Assembly (NCBI GenBank): GCA_964057225.1
Contig: OZ059895.1
Coordinates: 4,898,001 to 4,962,000, forward strand
DNA from: Auanema rhodensis
Lineage: Eukaryota > Animalia > Nematoda
Direction of reading: 5' to 3'
Length of the DNA stretch: 64,000 nucleotides
The notes under the pieces were generated by a model. The model made no database searches, was not told where the DNA came from, and saw only the letters and a program-made list of their open reading frames with translations. The position numbers were made by a program, and so were the translations under genes. This document shows positions 57,660-64,000 of the stretch, piece after piece (position 1 is the first letter of the stretch; the number at the start of each line of letters is the position of its first letter).

Positions 57660-60600
57660 TCTTCTTTTTTTCAAGGCAAAGACGATGGACAATGTTATTC
57701 AACGAAAAAATTAATTCTTCAGGGTGAAAATCGAGGATATAAGTGTGAACTTATATCAGTTGATATCTCGGTGCATTTTCAAGCTAGCGCAAATCTGATA
57801 ACACAGATCGACGCAGCTTAAAAATCCGCATCGAATGCACTATACTACATTGAAAAACGCTTAATACAAAAATTAGTTATGATCGTTCGAAAAATGATGC
57901 ATTAGTGTATGTTGAGTTTCCATGTACACTCAACATTGCTTCCAAAAACATTTTGACAAAAATTTTTTCGAAAAATTTCAAAATAATTTAGCAAAAAGTA
58001 GAAGTTTTTAGATTCCTTTTCTCAAGGCAAAGACGATGGACAATGTTATTCAACGAAAAAATTAATTCTTCAGGGTGAAAATCGAGGATATAAGTGTGAA
58101 CTTATATCAGTTGATATCTCGGTGCATTTTTAAGCTAGCGCAAATCTGATAACACAGATCGACGCAGCTTAAAAATCCGCATCGAATGCACTATACTACA
58201 TTGAAAAACGCTTAATACAAAAATTAGTTATGATCGTTTGAAAAATGATGCATTAGTGTATGTTGAGTTTCCATGTACACTCAACATTGCTTCCAAAAAC
58301 ATTTTGACAAAAATTTTTTCGAAAAATTTCAAAATAATTTAGCAAAAAGTAGATGTTTTTAGATTTTTTTTTTCAAGGCAAAGACGATGGACAATGTTAT
58401 TCAACGAAAAAATTAATTCTTCAGGGTGAAAATCGAGGATATAAGTGTGAACATATATCAGTTGATATCTCGGTGCATTTTCAAGCTAGCGCAAATCTGA
58501 TAACACAGATCGACGCAGCTTAAAAATCCGCATCGAATGCACTATATTTCATTGAGAAACGCTTAATACAAAAATTAGTTATGATCGTTTGAAAAATGAT
58601 GCATTAGTGTATGTTGAGTTTCCATGTACACTCAACATTGCTTCCAAAAACATTTTGACAAAACTTTTTTCGAAAAATTTCAAAATAATTTAGCAAAAAG
58701 TAGATGTTTTTAGATTCTTTTTTTCAAGGCAAAGACGATGGACAATGTTATTCAACGAAAAAATTAATTCTTCAGGGTGAAAATCGAGGATATAAGTGTG
58801 AACTTATATCAGTTGATATCTCGGTGCATTTTTAAGCTAGCGCAAATCTGATAACACAGATCGACGCAGCTTAAAAATCCGCATCGAATGCACTATACTA
58901 CATTGAAAAACGCTTAATACAAAAATTAGTTATGATCGTTTGAAAAATGATGCATTAGTGTATGTTGAGTTTCCATGTACACTCAACATTGCTTCCAAAA
59001 ACATTTTGACAAAAATTTTTTCGAAAAATTTCAAAATAATTTAGCAAAAAGTAGATGTTTTTAGATTTTTTTTTTCAAGGCAAAGACGATGGACAATGTT
59101 ATTCAACGAAAAAATTAATTCTTCAGGGTGAAAATCGAGGATATAAGTGTGAACATATATCAGTTGATATCTCGGTGCATTTTTAAGCTAGCGCAAATCT
59201 GATAACACAGATCGACGCAGCTTAAAAATCCGCATCGAATGCACTATACTACATTGAGAAACGCTCAATACAAAAATTAGTTATGATCGTTTGAAAAATG
59301 ATGCATTAGTGTATGTTGAGTTTCCATGTACACTCAACATTGCTTCCAAAAACATTTTGACAAAAATTTTTTCGAAAAATTTCAAAATAATTTAGCAAAA
59401 AGTAGATGTTTTTAGATTCCTTTTCTCAAGGCAAAGACGATGGACAATGTTATTCAACGAAAAAATTAATTCTTCAGGGTGAAAATCGAGGATATAAGTG
59501 TGAACTTATATCAGTTGATATCTCGGTGCATTTTCAAGCTAGCGCAAATCTGATAACACAGATCGACGCAGCTTAAAAATCCGCATTTAATGCACTATAC
59601 TACATTGAAAAACGCTTAATACAAAAATTAGTTATGATCGTTCGAAAAATGATGCATTAGTGTATGTTGAGTTTCCATGTACACTCAACATTGCTTCCAA
59701 AAACATTTTGACAAAACTTTTTTCGAAAAATTTCAAAATAATTTAGCAAAAAGTAGATGTTTTTAGATTCTTTTTTTCAAGGCAAAGACGATGGACAATG
59801 TTATTCAACGAAAAAATTAATTCTTCAGGGTGAAAATCGAGGATATAAGTGTGAACTTATATCAGTTGATATCTCGGTGCATTTTTAAGCTAGCGCAAAT
59901 CTGATAACACAGATCGACGCAGCTTAAAAATCCGCATCGAATGCACTATACTACATTGAGAAACGCTCAATACAAAAATTAGTTATGATCGTTTGAAAAA
60001 TGATGCATTAGTGTATGTTGAGTTTCCATGTACACTCAACATTGCTTCCAAAAACATTTTGACAAAAATTTTTTCGAAAAATTTCAAAATAATTTAGCAA
60101 AAAGTAGATGTTTTTAGATTCCTTTTCTCAAGGCAAAGACGATGGACAATGTTATTCAACGAAAAAATTAATTCTTCAGGGTGAAAATCGAGGATATAAG
60201 TGTGAACTTATATCAGTTGATATCTCGGTGCATTTTTAAGCTAGCGCAAATCTGATAACACAGATCGACGCAGCTTAAAAATCCGCATCGAATGCACTAT
60301 ACTACATTGAGAAACGCTCAATACAAAAATTAGTTATGATCGTTTGAAAAATGATGCATTAGTGTATGTTGAGTTTCCATGTACACTCAACATTGCTTCC
60401 AAAAACATTTTGACAAAAATTTTTTCGAAAAATTTCAAAATAATTTAGCAAAAGGTAGATGTTTTTAGATTTTTTTTTTCAAGGCAAAGACGATGGACAA
60501 TGTTATTCAACGAAAAAATTAATTCTTCAGGGTGAAAATCGAGGATATAAGTGTGAACTTATATCAGTTGATATCTCGGTGCATTTTCAAGCTAGCGCAA

Positions 60601-63600
60601 ATCTGATAACACAGATCGACGCAGCTTAAAAATCCGCATTTAATGCACTATACTACATTGAAAAACGCTTAATACAAAAATTAGTTATGATCGTTCGAAA
60701 AATGATGCATTAGTGTATGTTGAGTTTCCATGTACACTCAACATTGCTTCCAAAAACATTTTGACAAAACTTTTTTCGAAAAATTTCAAAATAATTTAGC
60801 AAAAAGTAGATGTTTTTAGATTCTTTTTTTCAAGGCAAAGACGATGGACAATGTTATTCAACGAAAAAATTAATTCTTCAGGGTGAAAATCGAGGATATA
60901 AGTGTGAACTTATATCAGTTGATATCTCGGTGCATTTTTAAGCTAGCGCAAATCTGATAACACAGATCGACGCAGCTTAAAAATCCGCATCGAATGCACT
61001 ATACTACATTGAGAAACGCTCAATACAAAAATTAGTTATGATCGTTTGAAAAATGATGCATTAGTGTATGTTGAGTTTCCATGTACACTCAACATTGCTT
61101 CCAAAAACATTTTGACAAAAATTTTTTCGAAAAATTTCAAAATAATTTAGCAAAAAGTAGATGTTTTTAGATTCCTTTTCTCAAGGCAAAGACGATGGAC
61201 AATGTTATTCAACGAAAAAATTAATTCTTCAGGGTGAAAATCGAGGATATAAGTGTGAACTTATATCAGTTGATATCTCGGTGCATTTTTAAGCTAGCGC
61301 AAATCTGATAACACAGATCGACGCAGCTTAAAAATCCGCATCGAATGCACTATACTTCATTGAGAAACGCTTAATACAAAAATTAGTTATGATCGTTTGA
61401 AAAATGATGCATTAGTGTATGTTGAGTTTCCATGTACACTCAACATTGCTTCCAAAAACATTTTGACAAAAATTTTTTCGAAAAATTTCAGAATAATTTA
61501 GCAAAAAGTAGATGTTTTTAGATTCTTTTTTTCAAGGCAAAGACGATGGACAATGTTTTTCAACGAAAAAATTAATTCTTCAGGGTGAAAATCGAGGATA
61601 TAAGTGTGAACTTATATCAGTTGATATCTCGGTGCATTTTCAAGCTAGCGCAAATCTGATAACACAGATCGACGCAGCTTAAAAATCCGCATCGAATGCA
61701 CTATACTTCATTGAGAAACGCTTAATACAAAAATTAGTTATGATCGTTTGAAAAATGATGCATTAGTGTATGTTGAGTTTCCATGTACACTCAACATTGC
61801 TTCCAAAAACATTTTGACAAAAATTTTTTCGAAAAATTTCAAAATAATTTAGCAAAAAGTAGATGTTTTTAGATTCCTTTTTTCAAGGCAAAGACGATGG
61901 ACAATGTTATTCAACGAAAAAATTAATTCTTCAGGGTGAAAATCGAGGATATAAGTGTGAACTTATATCAGTTGATATCTCGGTGCATTTTTAAGCTAGC
62001 GCAAATCTGATAACACAGATCGACGCAGCTTAAAAATCCGCATCGAATGCACTATACTACATTGAAAAACGCTTAATACAAAAATTAGTTATGATCGTTT
62101 GAAAAATGATGCATTAGTGTATGTTGAGTTGCCATGTACACTCAACATTGCTTCCAAAAACATTTTGACAAAAATTTTTTCGAAAAATTTCAAAATAATT
62201 TAGCAAAAAGTAGATGTTTTTAGATTCTTTTTTTCAAGGCAAAGACGATGGACAATGTTATTCAACGAAAAAATTAATTCTTCAGGGTGAAAATCGAGGA
62301 TATAAGTGTGAACATATATCAGTTGATATCTCGGTGCATTTTCAAGCTAGCGCAAATCTGATAACACAGATCGACGCAGCTTAAAAATCCGCATCGAATG
62401 CACTATACTTCATTGAGAAACGCTTAATACAAAAATTAGTTATGATCGTTTGAAAAATGATGCATTAGTGTATGTTGAGTTTCCATGTACACTCAACATT
62501 GCTTCCAAAAACATTTTGACAAAACTTTTTTCGAAAAATTTCAAAATAATTTAGCAAAAAGTAGATGTTTTTAGATTCTTTTTTTCAAGGCAAAGACGAT
62601 GGACAATGTTATTCAACGAAAAAATTAATTCTTCAGGGTGAAAATCGAGGATATAAGTGTGAACTTATATCAGTTGATATCTCGGTGCATTTTTAAGCTA
62701 GCGCAAATCTGATAACACAGATCGACGCAGCTTAAAAATCCGCATCGAATGCACTATACTACATTGAGAAACGCTCAATACAAAAATTAGTTATGATCGT
62801 TTGAAAAATGATGCATTAGTGTATGTTGAGTTTCCATGTACACTCAACATTGCTTCCAAAAACATTTTGACAAAAATTTTTTCGAAAAATTTCAAAATAA
62901 TTTAGCAAAAAGTAGTTGTTTTTAGATTCCTTTTCTCAAGGCAAAGACGATGGACAATGTTATTCAACGAAAAAATTAATTCTTCAGGGTGAAAATCGAG
63001 GATATAAGTGTGAAGTTATATCAGTTGATATCTCGGTGCATTTTTAAGCTAGCGCAAATCTGATAACACAGATCGACGCAGCTTAAAAATCCGCATCGAA
63101 TGCACTATACTACATTGAAAAACGCTTAATACAAAAATTAGTTATGATCGTTTGAAAAATGATGCATTAGTGTATGTTGAGTTTCCATGTACACTCAACA
63201 TTGCTTCCAAAAACATTTTGACAAGAATTTTTTCGAAAAATTTCAAAATAATTTAGCAAAAAGTAGATGTTTTTAGATTCTTTTTTTCAAGGCAAAAACG
63301 ATGGACAATGTTATTCAACGAAAAAATTAATTCTTCAGGGTGAAAATCGAGGATATAAGTGTGAACATATATCAGTTGATATCTCGGTGCATTTTCAAGC
63401 TAGCGCAAATCTGATAACACAGATCGACGCAGCTTAAAAATCCGCATCGAATGCACTATACTTCTTTGAGAAACGCTTAATACAAAAATTAGTTATGATC
63501 GTTTGAAAAATGATGCATTAGTGTATGTTGAGTTTCCATGTACACTCAACATTGCTTCCAAAAACATTTTGACAAAAATTTTTTCGAAAAATTTCAAAAT

Positions 63601-64000
63601 AATTTAGCAAAAAGTAGATGTTTTTAGATTCTTTTTTTCAAGGCAAAGACGATGGACAATGTTATTCAACGAAAAAATTAATTCTTCAGGGTGAAAATCG
63701 AGGTTATAAGTGTGAACTTATATCAGTTGATATCTCGGTGCATTTTTAAGCTAGCGCAAATCTGATAACACAGATCGACGCAGCTTAAAAATCCGCATCG
63801 AATGCACTATACTTCATTGAGAAACGCTCAATACAAAACTTGGTTATGATCGTTTGAAAAATGATGCATTAGTGTATGTTGAGTTTCCATGTACACTCAA
63901 CATTGCTTCCAAAAACATTTTGACAAAAATTTTTTCGAAAAATTTCAAAATAATTTAGCAAAAAGTAGATGTTTTTAGATTCTTTTTTTCAAGGCAAAGA
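57660..64000. repeat. 351-bp satellite, block 4 (continues past the window end)
   Basis: Monomer starts at 57894 ... 63861. Confidence 0.98.

Noticed and set aside
3184-64000. CRISPR array or tandem rRNA/5S/SL/tRNA gene array
   Set aside because: There are no unique spacers, the context is eukaryotic, and I recognise no structural RNA motifs in the monomer.

Overview
Eukaryotic heterochromatin-type window. The host is most likely a nematode or similar invertebrate, inferred from 39-49 nt introns with T-rich (T)TTCAG/TTTAG-type acceptors. About 38 kb is a homogeneous 351-bp satellite (about 109 monomers, with local 2-, 4-, 5- and 8-mer higher-order repeats). Several transposon classes have inserted into or beside it. 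(1) An apparently intact 16,947-bp Maverick/Polinton (7977-24923; 6-bp TSD CTCGGT; about 425-bp TIRs) encodes integrase-chromodomain, packaging ATPase, minor and major capsid proteins, an adenain-like protease, a membrane-lytic/core-like protein and a 14-exon protein-primed PolB. It also carries unannotated accessory genes, including a spliced D-box/CDK-site/CxCxxC gene with a possible membrane-anchored isoform. (2) A 4,179-bp DIRS-type tyrosine-recombinase retrotransposon (48917-53095) has ITRs and an ICR, but its recombinase is internally deleted. (3) A second, interrupted DIRS copy (2448-3185) sits at the same satellite position and is cut by a probable LTR retrotransposon running off the left edge. 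(4) A compact 1,282-bp Merlin/IS1595-family DNA transposon lies at 56378-57659. All gene models were read by eye and need RNA-seq or HMM confirmation.
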